Origin: the human T2T-CHM13v2.0 reference genome, Homo sapiens | DNA: 64,000 nucleotides | Direction: 5' to 3' | Assembly: GCA_009914755.4 (NCBI GenBank) | Contig: CP068257.2 | Coordinates: 7,616,001-7,680,000 of the forward strand | In this document: positions 18,601 to 31,450 of the stretch, piece after piece | Layout: each line of letters starts with the position of its first letter | How positions within the stretch are numbered: the stretch's first letter is position 1 | Notes under the pieces: generated by a model | What the model saw: only the letters and a program-made list of their open reading frames with translations | Told to the model about the DNA's origin: nothing | Database searches by the model: none | Translations under genes and position numbers: made by a program

Positions 18601-20600
18601 GAAGAAACCTAGGCCAACAACCTCAGGGGAAATGTACCTGTAATGAAATGCATGGTACAAACACGCATTCCTTGCTTCCTTGAGTGGGTGACGTTGATGG
18701 CTAGTCCAATCACTCCAGCCACACCCTTGCAAACGTGGCTGGTTCCTTTTTGAGCCAGCTTGGCTTTGCCCAGCATGCACAAGTCAGTGCAACAACTGTG
18801 ACACAAATGGAGCCATACAGAGAAAATGAGCAGCAGGCTCAGGAGCAGGGTGTGCGCTGCCTTGGGGGCTCCAGTCCATGCCTCAGGGCTCATATGACAC
18901 TGCGGGCTTCTTGGGTGCAAAGAGGCAGACCACAGGCCATCTTCAGGAGGCCTTTATTTTGAAGTGCAGAAAGCAGCCAGGATTACCACCCGTGGGACTC
19001 GGCCTTTTGTGACCCTGGCCTGACAGAGTTTGGCCCAAGGCAGGACAAGCTCACTCAGAGCAACGTGTCAGTACCTGGGGCCTGTGCATGCCAGTCAAGG
19101 CCAAGCTGGCTCAAAGAGCAACCAGCCACCTCTGCAAGGGTGTGCCTGGAGCAGGTGGACCAGCCACCAACCTCACACACTGAAGGAAGCCAGGATGGCC
19201 AGGTTTCCACAGCCTGAGTGGCTGCCTCCTGATGGCTGATGGAGCAGAGGCCTGAGGAAAAGCAGGTGGCATGTTTAACTCTTTAATCTATCTTAAGTTA
19301 ATTTTTGTATAAAGCAGTTGGCACCGGTCCATGCCTCGGGGTTCATATGGCACTGTGGGCCACAGAAGGCTGAGTCCCCTGGGTGGTAATCCTGCCTGCT
19401 TTCTGCACTTGAACATAAAGTCCTCCTCAAGATGGCCTGTGGTCTACTTCTCGGCCCCACCTTTAGGGTAGAAGAACTGATGTACCACGTCTGACAGTGA
19501 GTGAGGTTGGCGGCTGGTCCACCTGCTCCTGGCACACCTTGCAGAGGTGGCTGCTTGCTCTTTGAGCCAGCTTGGCCTTGCCTGGCATGCACAAGCCTCA
19601 CTGCAACAAGTGTACAACAAATGGAGCCATAAAGAGGAAATGATCAGCAGGCTCAGGAATGGGGCGTGCACTGCCTTTGTGGCTCCAGTCCATGCCTCAG
19701 GGCTCGTATGGCACTGTAGGCTTCTTGGTCGCCAAGAGGCAGACCACAGACGGTCTTGAGGAGGACTTTATGTTCAAGTGCAGAAAGCAGCCAGGATTAG
19801 CACCCAGGGGACTCGGCCTTCTGTGGCCCTGGCCAGAGGTAGAATTTGGCCCAACACACTACAAGCTGACTTGGAACGGCATATAGGTAGCTGGGGCCTG
19901 TGCATGCCAGGCAAGGCCAAGCTGGATCAAAGAGCAAGCAGCCACCTCTGCAAGGGTGTGCCTGGAGCAGGTGGAGCAACCACCAACCTCACCCACTCAA
20001 GGAAGCAGGGATGGCCAGATTCCTACAGCCTGAGGGGCTGCCTCCTGATGGCTGATGGAGCAGAGGCCTAAGGAAAAGCAGATAGCACTGTGGCCCTACC
20101 TGTAGGGTAGAAGAACTGATGTAACCCGACCGGCAGCAAGTCAGGTTGGTGGCTGGTCCACCAGCTCCAGGCACACCCTTGCAGAGGTGGCCGGTTGCTT
20201 TTTGAGCCAGCCTGGCCTTCCTCAGTATGCAGTAGTCAGTGCAACAACTGTGACACAAATGGAGCCACACAGAGAAAATGAGCAGCAGGCTCAGGAGCAG
20301 CGTGTGCGCTGCCTTGGGGGCTCCAGTCCATGCCTCAGGGCTCATATGGCACTGCGGGCTTCTTGGTTGCAAAGAGGCAGACCACAGGCCATCTTCAGTA
20401 GGTCTTTATGTTGAAGTGCAGAAAGCAGCCAGGATTACCACCCGTGGAACTCGGCCTTTTGTGACCCTGGCCTGACAGAATTTGGCCCAAGGCAGGACAA
20501 GTTCACTCAGAGCAACGTGTCTGTACCTGGGGCCTGTACATGCCAGGCAAGGCCAAGCTGGTTCAAAGAGCAACCAGAGCATCCATTCTGGTGGATGAGC
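18600..20600. repeat. Cluster of alternating-orientation ~300-bp units, about three tandem copies of a ~650-850-bp unit that is itself an imperfect palindrome
   Basis: The + type unit ggcctgtgcatgccag.caaggccaagctgg.tcaaagagcaa.cagccacctctgcaagggtgtgcctggagcaggtgga.ca.ccaccaacctcac occurs at ~19060, ~19895 and ~20520. Its reverse complement (gtgaggttgg.ggctggtccacc.gctcc.ggcacacc.ttgcagaggtgg...tttgagccagc.tggcc) occurs at ~18660, ~19495 and ~20130. The companion segment ggctccagtccatgcctcagggctc.tatggcactg.gggcttcttgg...gcagaaagcagccaggatta.cacc is also present in both orientations (e.g. + at 18860 and 19680; inverted at 19340-19440). Confidence 0.8.
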
Positions 20601-21699
20601 CAACCACATGGCCAGCTTCTGGGTGTGGGCACAGTGCCACATCTTCCATCACTTTCTGATATATCCCACCAGCACTGAAGAGACAGCCTGGAGAGAGTGC
20701 AAGAGGAAGGCTGAGAAGGATGAGATGGTGAGTGCTGGCTTCTTTCTGACCCTCAGCACACCCCCAGGTGGTGACCATCAACCTTTAGGGGTGGGAGAGC
20801 AAGATTGATGGCTTCAAATACTTCCCCAAGAAGATGGACACAGGCCACTCAGCTCAACCTCACAGCCAATGAGTTGACATGCAAGCAGATGACAGTGACA
20901 GGCTTTTAGAAAGAGCTTCAGAAGGCGGCCAGTTTTTCTTCGGCCTCAGCCAGGCCTTGGAACTTGACTAGGCCATCCACTTCACCAGAGATGCCTTCAA
21001 GAACATCAGTGAGCTCCTTGCCAATCCGTCCAGGAAGGACCTGGACCCAGCCATGGACCTGTTAGTGCTGTCTCAGGGACACCAGACCAACATCCTGGAC
21101 ATCATCCTCATATACAAGGAAGCTCTTACGACAGTCACGGAGAACAGGCAACATGTGGCAGAAGGGAAGACAGAGGTACAGAGGCTGATGGCATCATTAT
21201 CACAGGAACAGGATTTCTTTGGCCACTTTGGCTGAAATTCACCACTTCTATCCAATCCACTCAAGCGAGAGACTTGAAATCACAGATGGAACATTTCTTG
21301 CAACAAGAGATACTATTTTTTCAAAAAGTCACCTAAAATTTGATAGTGTTGAATGACTAGCTATTCGAGTGTGGACTTTTTCCAGTGCACGGGTACTTTC
21401 TACAGCAGAATGATAACAGTATCAAAGGGCTGGTGCCAGCTATCGGTGGTAGTACAAGGATGACTTTGTGCTCAACTGAAACCCAGGTGAATATAGACTT
21501 GTGTAGGAAAGTGTTAATATGGTGATAGAATAGAAACAGTAGCAAATGAACTAAATCATACTATGAATGCCTACACTACCATTATAACTTTTTGAAGAAT
21601 GATAATACCACTTACTTTATTGCCTTTTGAAGTAGGAATATTTTAGTGGATATGCTATAGACCAGAAACCCTGTAAAGAACCCCAAAGAAGCTGGCTGG

Positions 21700-22150
21700 A
21701 TAAAGCCTGCTATGGATGTCTTTATACTCAAAGACTGATGAGGCAATTCGAATATGTGTCCCCACCAAATCTCATGTTGAGTTATGCTTCCTAATGTTGG
21801 AGGTGGATCCTGGTATAAGGTGATTGAATCATGAAGGCAAATTTCTCATGAGTGGTTCAGCACCATCCCCTTGGTACTGTCCTCACAATCATGAGTGACT
21901 TCTCGTGAGATCTGGCCACTGAAAACTCTATATCACTCCCTACTCTCCGTGATTTCCTCTTGCCATGTGAGACAATTCACTCTTTCATTACCTTGCACAA
22001 TGATTGAAAGATTTCTGAGGCCCCCCAGAAGCAGAAGCACTAAGCTTCCTGTCCACTCTGCAGAACCATGAGCCAATTAAACCTCTTTTTCAAAATAAAT
22101 CTTACCAAAAATGGCAAATGAGGACTGGAGCATTCCTATAAAGATACCTG
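21700..22150. mobile_element. Old interspersed repeat copy (family not confidently recalled); a second related copy lies at 22560-22880
   Basis: gtgtccccaccaaatctcatgttgagttatgcttcctaatgttggaggtggatcctggtataaggtgattgaatcatgaaggcaaatttctcatgagtggttcagcaccatcccc...ccatgagccaattaaacctctttttcaaaataaatcttacc is a signature shared by a common human repeat family. Confidence 0.4.
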
Positions 22151-22869
22151 AAAATGTGGAAGCAACTTCGGAACTGGGTAATGGGTAGAGGTTGGAAGAG
22201 TTTGGAGGGCTCCAAAGAAGACAGACAGATGAGAACATTTTTGGACCATCTTAGAGACTGGTTAAATGGCTGTGACAAGAATGCTGACAAAAACATGGAC
22301 AGTGAAGGCCAGGCTGAGGGGGCCTCAGATAAAAATAAGAAGCTTTCTGGAAAATGTCTCTCTTTTGGATATAGAAAGCTTACACAATGCCTGTACCATC
22401 ATTGTACCTTAGACACAGTGAACTTGCTTTTTATTTCAGAGACTCGTAGGCAAAAGAGAATGTAGCCTTGACCCAGATGAGACTTTGGACTTTGTAACTT
22501 TGAGTTAATGCTGAAATGAGTTAAGACTTTGGGAGACTGCTGGCAAGGCATGACTGTATTTTGCAATGTGAGAAGGACATGAGATTTGTGGGGTCAGGGA
22601 CAGAATAATACGGTTTTTCTCTATGCCCCTTCCAAAACTCATGTGAAAGTACACTCCCTAATGTTAGAGTCGGGGCCTAGGTGGAAAAAGCTTTAATCAT
22701 AAAGGAGTGGGAGTGGATCCTTCACAAATGGCAAAGCACCAAGCCCTTAATGCCATCCTCCTGATAGTGAGTGAGTTCTCATGAGATCTAGTAGTTTAAA
22801 AGGCTGTGGAACCTCTTTCCTCTCTCTGTCTTGTTCCAACTTCTGCCATATGAAACATGTCATTGCCGC

Positions 22870-23780
22870 TTGGATTTCCGGTGTGGTTAGGAGGGACCTG
22901 ATCAGTGTGGGCCTGGTCAGTGGACCTAGGTCAGTGAGGACTATTTAGTGGGATCGTGGTCAGCAGGGGTCTGCTTAGAGAGGGTCTCATTAGTGGGGTC
23001 TAGTAGTGGGGTTTTGGTGAGTGGGGACCTATTGGCTGCCAGTTGTTTGGTGTCTGGTCAGTGCAAACCTGGGCTGTGGGGCTTGATCAGTGGAGACCTG
23101 GTCAGCTGGGGCTTAGTGCTGGCCTGGTCAGCATGGGCTGGGGCACTGGTGACCAGGTCAAGGGGTGCTATTCAGTGGAGGACTGGGCACATGGGACCTA
23201 GTCAGCAGACCCTGGTGGGCATGTCCTCATCAGTGAGGCCCTTGTCAGTGGGGCCCTGGTCAGGGCAGCCTTGTCAGCGGGACCTAATCTGTAGCGTCCT
23301 GGTCAGAGACGACTTGGTCAGTGGTGACTTTTGCAGCACTGGTCTACAGGGTGACCTGGTCAGCGGGGATCTCAGCATTTGGTGCCAGTTCAGTGGGGTC
23401 TACTCACTAGGGTCCCAGTCAGGGGCATCTGGTGATCTTAGGCCTGGTTATTAGGGGCCTGATCAGTGGCAACCTGTTCCCTGGAGGTCTGGTCAGTGGG
23501 GCCTCATCTTTGGGGCCAGGGAATGAGGTCATGATCAGTGGAACTTGATCAGTGAGGCCTTGTCAATAATGACCTACTCAGTGAGGACTTGTCAGTAAGG
23601 ACTTGGTCCGTGAGGCCTTGTCAGTAAGGTCCTGGTCGGTGGAGTCCTTGTCATTGTGTGCCTGGCAGTGGGGGCCTTGTTAGTGGGGCCTGGTCATGAG
23701 GGTCTAATCAGTGAGGGTGTCATCAGGGAGGACCTGATGTGCGGGGTCTGGTCAGCAGGGACCTGGTCAATGTGGGCTGC
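22870..23780. repeat. ~19-20-bp minisatellite, degenerate, ~45 copies
   Basis: Repeating gg(g/a)cctggtcagtggg / ggccttgtcagtgag units. Six-frame ORFs (e.g. 22948-23454) show (SGDLV)-type periodic peptides. Confidence 0.85.
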
Positions 23781-24099
23781 TGAGCACTGCTTGGATAAGC
23801 CAGGTGCAATGTGCATTATTGAAGGCCCTGTGGACAGCTGGGATAGCCCAGTGATGCCCAAGGGCCTAGTCAAAAGTGGACAAAGCACGTATTTGGATGG
23901 ACCTGGGAGATCCTGCTCAGAGATTCTGACAGGACAAAGGTAAAGGAAGGGCCAGAGTGGCTGGAGAGATGGTCACAGTCTATGGGCTGCACAGGATGGA
24001 GGAGGCCAGGGAAAAGGCAGGGTGGGCAGTTGGGGTTCAGGGAGAGGCAGGTGCATGCTGGGAGGTCAGACCCTGTGAAGGCTTTGGGGGCGTCAGGTT

Positions 24100-27000
24100 G
24101 GGTAGGCTCCAGGCACTCTCACTCACATAGGATTCCAGAACACTGCTACAAGGCTCTGAGTGTTTGTCCCTCACATAGGATTCCAGAACACTGCTGCCAT
24201 TGTCTGAATGTTTGTCCCCCACATAGGATTCCAGAAGCCTGCTGCTGGGGTCTGAATGTTTGTCCCCCATCTAGGATTCCAGAACACTGCTGCGAGGGTC
24301 TGAATGTCTGTCCCTCACATATGATTCTAGAACATTGATGCTAGGGTCTGTATGTTTGCCCTTAACATATGATTTCAAAACACTGCTCCTGGATTCTGAA
24401 TGTTTGTCCTTCACATAGGAATACAGAACACTGCTGCTGGAGTCTGAATGGTTGTCACTCACATAGAATTCCAGAACACTGCTGTGAGGATCTGAATGTT
24501 TGACCCTCACATGGGATTCCAGAACACTGCTGCGAGTGTCTAAATGTCTGTCCCTCACACAGGATTCCCGAACAATGTTACGAGGTTCTGAATGTTTGTC
24601 CCTAACATAGGATTCCAGAGCACTCCTGCTGTGCTCTGAATGCTTCTCCCTCACATAGGATTCCAGAACACTGCTACGAGGGTCTGAATGCTTATCCCTC
24701 ATATAGGATTCCAGAACACTTCTGCTGTGGTCTGAATGTTTGTTCCTCACATAGGATTCCAGAATACTCCTGCCGTGGTCTGAATGTTTGTCCCTCACAT
24801 AGGATTCCAGAACATTCATGCTGGGGTCTCAATATTTCCCTTAACATAGGATTTCAGAACACTGCCCTTGGGGTCTGAATGTTTGTCGCTCACATAGGAT
24901 TACAGAACACTGCTGCTGGAGTCTGAATGTTTGTCAGTCACATAGAATTCCAGAACACTGCTACAAGGGTGTGACTATTTCTCCCTCACCTAGTATTCCA
25001 GAACACTGTTGCAAGGGTCTGAATGTTGGTCCGTCATATAGGATTCCAGAACACTGCTGCTGTGGTCTGAATGTTTGTCCCTCACATAGAATTCCGGAAC
25101 ACTGCTACAAGGGTCTGAATGTTTGTCCTTCACATACCATTCCAGAACACTGCTGCCGTGGTCTGAATGTATGTCCCTCACATAGGATTCCAGAACACTG
25201 CTACTAGGTTCTGAATGTTTTTCCCACACCTAGGATTCCAGAACACTTCTGCTGGTGTCTGAATGGTTGTTCCTCACATATGATTCCAGGACACTGCTAT
25301 GAGAGTCTTAATGTTTGTCCTTCACGTAGGATTCTAGAACACTGCTCCCGTGGTCTGAATGTTTGTCCTTCACATAGCATTCCAGAACACTGCTGCTGGG
25401 GTCTGAATGTCTGCCCCTCAAATCAGATTCCAGAGCACTGCTGCTGGGGTTTGAATGTCTTTCCCTCACATAGAATTCCAGAACACGGCTGGGAGGGTCT
25501 GAATGTTTGTCCCTCACATGGGATACCAGAACACTGTTGCGAGGGTCTAAATGTCTCTCCCTCACATAAGATTTCAGGACACTGCTACGAGGTTCTGAAT
25601 GTTTGTCCCTCACATAGGATTCCAGAACACTGCCACGTGGGTCTGAATGTTTGCCCTCACATAGGATTCCAGAACACTACTGCTGGGGTCTGAATGTTTG
25701 ACCCTCACATAGGATTCCAGAACACTCCTGCTGTGGTCTGAAAGTTTGTTCATCACATAGGACTCCAGAACACTCCTAAGAGGGTATGAATGTCCCTCAC
25801 ATAGTATTCCAGAACACTCCTTCTGTGGTCTGAATGTTTGTTCCTCACATAGGATTCGAGAACACTCCTGCTGTGGTCTGAATGTTTGTCCCTTACCTAG
25901 GATTCGAGAACATTCACGCTGGGATGTAAATGCTTGCCCTTAACATAGGATTTCAGAACACTGCTCCTGGGGTCTGAAAGTTTGTCCCTCACATAGGATT
26001 CCAGAACTCTCCTGCTGTGGTCTGAAAGTTTGTACCGCACATAGGATTCCAGAACACTGCTGCTGTGGTCGGAATGTTTTTCTGTCACATAGGATTCCAG
26101 AACACTGCGGCTGGGTTCTGAATGTTTGTCCCTCACATAGGATTTCAGAACGCTGCTACGAGGGTCTGATTGTTGGTCCCTCACATAGGATTCCTGAACA
26201 CTGCTGCTGGGCTCTGAATGTTTGTCCCTCACATTGGATTGCAGAACACTACTGCTATGGTCTGAACGTTTGTCCGTCACATAGGATTCCAGAACGCTCC
26301 TGCTGTGGTCTGAATGTTTGTCTGTCACATAGGATTCCAGAACACTGCGGCTGGGCTCTGAATGTCCCTGACATAGGATTCCAGAACATTGCTATGAGGG
26401 TCTGAATGGTTGTCTTTCACATAGCATTCCAGAACACTGCTACGAGGGTCTGAATGTTGGTCCCTCACACAGGATTCCAGAACCCTCCAGCTGGGGTCTG
26501 AATGTTTGTCCCTCACAAAGGATTCCAGAACACTGCTATGAGGGTCTGAATATTTGTCCCTCACATAGGATTCCAGAACACACCTGCTGTGGTCTGAATG
26601 GTTGTCCCTCACAAAGGATTCCAGAACACTCCTGCTGTGATCTGAATGGTTGTCCCTCACATAAGATTCCGGAACACTTCTGCTGTGGTACGAATGTTTG
26701 TGTCTCACGTAGGATTCCAGAACACTGCTACGAGGGTCTCAATGTTTGCCCCTCACGTAAGATTCCAGAACACTGCTGCTGGGGTCTGAATGCTTGTCCC
26801 TCACATACGATTACAGAACAGTGTTGCTGGGGTGTGAATGTTTGTCCCTCACAAAGGATTCCAGAACACTGCCATGAGGGTCTGAATATTTGTCCCTCAC
26901 ATAGGATTCCAGAACACTCCTGCTGTGGTCTGAATGGTTGTCCCTCACATAGGATTCCAGAACACTCCTGCTGTGGTCTGAATGGTTGTCCCTCACATAA

Positions 27001-28370
27001 GATTCCAGAACACTTCTGCTGTGGTACGAATGTTTGTGTCTCACGTAGGATTCCAGAACACTGCTACGAGGGTCTCAATGTTTGTCCCTCACATAAGATT
27101 CCAGAACACTGCTGCTGGGGTCTGAATGCTTGTCCCTCACATACGATTACAGAACACTGTTGCTGGGGAGTGAATGTTTGTCCCTCACATAGGATACCAG
27201 ACCACTGCTGCTGAGGTCTCAATGTCTGTCCCTCAAAAAAGGATTCCAGAACACTGTTACTAGGGTCTGAATTTTTGTTCCTCACTTAAGACTGCAGAAC
27301 ACTGCTTCGAGGGTCTAAATGTCTGTCCTTCACATAGGATTCCAGAACACTCCTTCTGGCGTCTGAATGTTTGTCCCTCACATAGGATTCCAGAGCACTC
27401 CTGCTGTGGTCTCAATGTTTGTTAATCACATAGGATTCCAGAACACTGCTACAAGGGTCTGAATGTTTGTCCCTCACATAGGATTCCAGAATACTCCTGC
27501 TATGGTCTTAATGCTTGTCCCTCACATAGGATTCCAGAACATTCATGTTGGGGTCTGAATGTTTGCCCTTATCATAGGATTTCAGAACAGTGTTCCTGGG
27601 GTCTGAATATTTGTCCTTCATATAGGATTTAAGAACACTCCTGCTTTTGTCTGAAAGTTTGTCCCTCACATAGGATTCCAGAACTCTCCTGCTGTGGTCT
27701 GAAAGTTTGTCCTTCACATAGGATTCCAGAACACTGCTGCTGTGGTTTGAATATTTGTCCCTCACATAAGATTCCAGAACACTGCTAGGAGGGTCTGAAT
27801 GTTTGTCCCTCACATAGGATTCCTGAGCATTGTTGCCGTGGTCTGAATTTTTGCCATTCACATAGGATTCCAGAACAGTGCTACGAGGGTCTGAATGTTT
27901 GTCCCTCACATAGGATTCCAGAACACTTCTGCTGGTATCTGAATGTTTGTACCTCACATAGGATTCCAGAACACTGCTGCTGGGGTCTGAACGTCTGTCC
28001 CTCACATAGGATTCTAGAACACTGCTGTTGGGGTTTGAATGTCCCTCACATAGAATTCCAGAACACTGCTGCGAGTGTCTGAATGTTTGTCCTGCAGATG
28101 AGATTCTAGAACACTGCTGCGAGGGTCTAAATGTCTGTCCCTGACATAACATTCCAGCACACTGCTACGAGGTTTTGAAATGTTTGTCCCTCACATAGGA
28201 TTACAGAGCACTCCTGCTGTGGTCTGAATGTTTGCCCCTCACATAGGATTCCAGAACATTCCTGCTGTGGTCTGATTGTTCCTCACATAGGATTCTGGAA
28301 CACTCCAGCTGGCTTCTGAGTGTTTGTCCCTCACATAGGATTCCTGAAGACTGCTGCTGTCACTATAGTC
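24100..28370. repeat. 48-bp tandem satellite, ~88 copies over ~4.3 kb
   Basis: The unit ctcacataggattccagaacactgctgctggggtctgaatgtttgtcc recurs at 24122, 24170... Many ORFs on both strands and in several frames (VLESYVRDKHSD... on minus; NVCPSHRIPEHCC... on plus) indicate a stop-poor non-coding repeat. Confidence 0.9.
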
Positions 28371-29569
28371 GTTGCGAGTGTCTGAATGTTTGACCTTCAC
28401 CAAACACTAAATATCCTGCCCCTTTAGTCTTGGACTTTCCAGCCTCCAGATCTGTGAGCAATATCTCTGTTGTTTATGAATTACTCAGTCTAAAGTATTT
28501 TGTTATAGTAGCCTAAAGAGACTAAGAGAGCATCACCTGCCCTGTCACCTCATCACCGCATTACTAAAGCTATACTAACAGCAGTCACTTTTAGTGGGTG
28601 CTTCATGCATGAGAATAAAGGGAAAAAATTGCAAGGCATACTAAAATCCAAAAAAAGAAAAAAATATAATTTGTGTCAACAGAGCAAGCTTCAGAACCAG
28701 ACAAAGATATGATTTTGGAATTTTTTTTAAACCTCTGGAGAATATGCTAAGGGCCTAATGAATGAACTAGACAGCATTCAAGTATAGATGGGTAATGTAA
28801 TCAGAAAGACAGACATCGTAAGAACCTTCAACATAATGTAGTGGTAAAAAATGTGGTAAATAACTGAAGAATACCTCTGATGGCTTATTAGTAGACTGGA
28901 CTCAGCTGAGTAAAGAATCTCTGAGCTTGAGGATTTATCATCAGAAACTTCGAAAACTAAAGAAAAGAAACACTGAAAAGAACAGAAGGTGATATCCAAG
29001 ACTGTGGGACAACTACAAAAGGTGAAACAGAGTAATGAGAATACCAGGAGGAGGAGAAGAAATAGAAGAAAGTTCTGCAACAACCATGTCTGAGAACTTC
29101 CAGTATTAATGTCAGACACCAAACCAAAGATCCAGGAAGCTCTGAGAACACCAGGCAGAATAAATGCCAACAACCTACACTTGGACATATAATTTTCAAA
29201 CTATATGAAATAAAAAATAAAGGAAAACTCTGAAAGAAACCAGAGGTGGGGCAGAAAACACCTTACCTACAGAGACACAAAGATAAGAACTGCATTCAAC
29301 ATTGCAGAAACTGTGAAAGCAAGAAGACAGTGAAATGAAAAAATCAAAATGTTGACAGAAAAAACCCACCAACCTAAGTTTCTGTACCCACTGAAAACAC
29401 CCTTCAAAAGTGAAGGAGAATTAAGGCCTTCCTCAGAAAAATAAAAATTCAAGAAACTTGTTGCCAGGAGACCTGTCTTGCAAGAAATGTTAAATGAAAT
29501 TCTTTAGAGGGAAACAAAAGATATATAACTGAAACCTGGATCAACATTTTTTTAAAAAGAGCATTAAAG

Positions 29570-30180
29570 AATTGTGGTACAATAAAAACCTATGTATTTA
29601 TTCTTAATTGATCTGACCAAGAAGTTCATAGACAATAACAAATACACACAGATAGATTATGTATGCTTAAACACAAGTGAAATGAGTAACACTAATACAA
29701 GGAATAGAATGGAAGGATGGGAGGGAGGAATTGTGGTACAATAAAAACATGTATTTATTCATAATTGATCTGACCAATAAGTTTGTAGATAATAATAAAT
29801 ACACACAGATAGATTATGTATGCTTATACACAAGTGAAATAAGGAACAATAATACAAGGAATGGAATGGAAGGATGGGAGGGAGGAATCAGGTGTTTTCT
29901 TTGTTAAGCAGGTAGTCACCCGTGAAGTGGGATAGTGTTATCTGAAAGTGGACTTTAATTGGTTGTAAATGTATATTGAGGAATTAGGTGTGTTCTTTGT
30001 TAAGCAGGTAGTCTTATTTGTGGGATAGTGGGATAGTGTTATTTGAAAGTGGACTTGAATTTGTTATAAATGTTACTGAGGAATTAGGTGTTTTGTTTGT
30101 TAAGCAGGTAGTCTTATTCGTGGGATAGTGGGATAGTGTTATTTGAAAGTGGACTTGAATTTGTTGTAAATGTATATCGC
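29570..30180. repeat. Local tandem duplications: a ~160-bp unit x2 (29570-29890) followed by an ~80-bp unit x3 (29890-30180)
   Basis: gaattgtggtacaataaaaacctatgtatttattcttaattgatctgaccaa...ggaatagaatggaaggatgggagggagg occurs twice. aattaggtgttttctttgttaagcaggtagtc...gggatagtgttatttgaaagtggacttgaatttgttgtaaatgt occurs three times. Confidence 0.85.
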
Positions 30181-31149
30181 AAATTCTGTGGCAACTAGTT
30201 AAAAAAAGTTTTAAAAAGAGAAGTACATGCTAAGAAAGACAGGGAAAATGTAGTCATCTAAAATCATCAATGAAAACTGCAAAAGGCAGAAAAAGACTGG
30301 TAGACAAAAGAATGGAGACTGAGGAGAATGAATAGAAAACAGTAACAAATATAGTAGATATTAATCTAATGATATCAATAATCACTTTGAATGCTAATGG
30401 TATGAATGTACCAATTCAAAGATAGAGATTGTCAGAGTCTATCAAAAGACTTGATTCACTGCACTTTGCTTTATTGTGTTTTGTGACCATGTGTTTTACA
30501 TATTGAAGGTTTGTGGCCACCCTGCAATAAGCAGGTCTGACTGGCACCATTGTTCCTACAGCACGTGCTCACTTCACGTCTCTGTGTCACATTTCGGTCA
30601 TTCTCACAGTATTTTAAGATTTTTATTATTGAATCGTTATGGTGATCTGTAATGAGTGATCTTTAATGCTACTGTTGTCATTGTTTTGGGAACCACAAAT
30701 CACACCAGGATAAGACAGCAAACAATTGACAAATGCGTTTGTTCTGACTGCCCCACCAACGGGCCATTTCTCTTTCTCTCTCTTTTTCTCAGGCTTCTTT
30801 TTATTAATATTAAAATGTGGCCAATTAATAACCCTACAATAGCCTCTGTATGTTCAAGTGAAAGAAGAGTTGTATGTCTGTCACTTTAAACCAAAAGAAA
30901 GAAATAATTAAGCTTAGTGATTAAGGCATGCTGTAAGCAAGACAGGCCAGTAGCTAGACCTCATGCAACAAACACTTAGCCAAGTTGTGAATGCAAAGGA
31001 AGTGTTCTGGAAAGAAATTTAAAGTATTACTCCAGTGAATACATGAATGATAAAAAGCTAAACAATCTTGCTGCTGTTATGAAGAAAGTTTAATTGATCT
31101 AGATAGAAGATAAAAAAAAATCCATTAAGCCTAAGCCTAACTCTCTTTT

Positions 31150-31450
31150 TACTTTTTTCTTTGTTTTTGAGACAGAGTTTCATTTTTCTTGCCCAAGCTG
31201 GAGTACAATAGCGTGATCTTGGCTCATCGCAACCTCTGCCTCCCAAGTTCAAGCTCTCCTGCCTCAGCATTCTGAGTAGCTGGGATTACAGGCATGCACC
31301 ACCACACCTGGCTAATTTTTTGTATTTTTAGTAGAGACGCGGTTTCTCCACGTTGGTTAGACTGGTGTCGAACTCCCGACCGCAGGTGATCTGCCTGTCT
31401 CGGCCTCCCAAAGTGCTAGGATTACAGGTGTGACAGCCACCACACCCGGC
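31150..31450 (-). mobile_element. Alu SINE
   Basis: A poly-T is followed by gagacagagtttcatttttcttgcccaagctggagtacaatagcgtgatcttggctcatcgcaacctctgcctcc...gggattacaggcatgcaccaccacacctggc. Confidence 0.9.

Noticed and set aside
18598-20642. Reciprocal ORFs on both strands of the palindromic cluster (e.g. 19989-20372 minus 127 aa; 19778-20071 plus 97 aa)
   Set aside because: Mirror-image ORFs are a direct consequence of the inverted-repeat symmetry. No frame is conserved preferentially.
24037-28152. Long periodic ORFs on both strands of the 48-bp satellite (e.g. 27508-28152 minus 214 aa; 25280-25693 plus 137 aa)
   Set aside because: Symmetric openness on both strands and in several frames, 16-aa periodic peptides and absence of any non-repeat flanking coding sequence indicate satellite DNA, not a gene.
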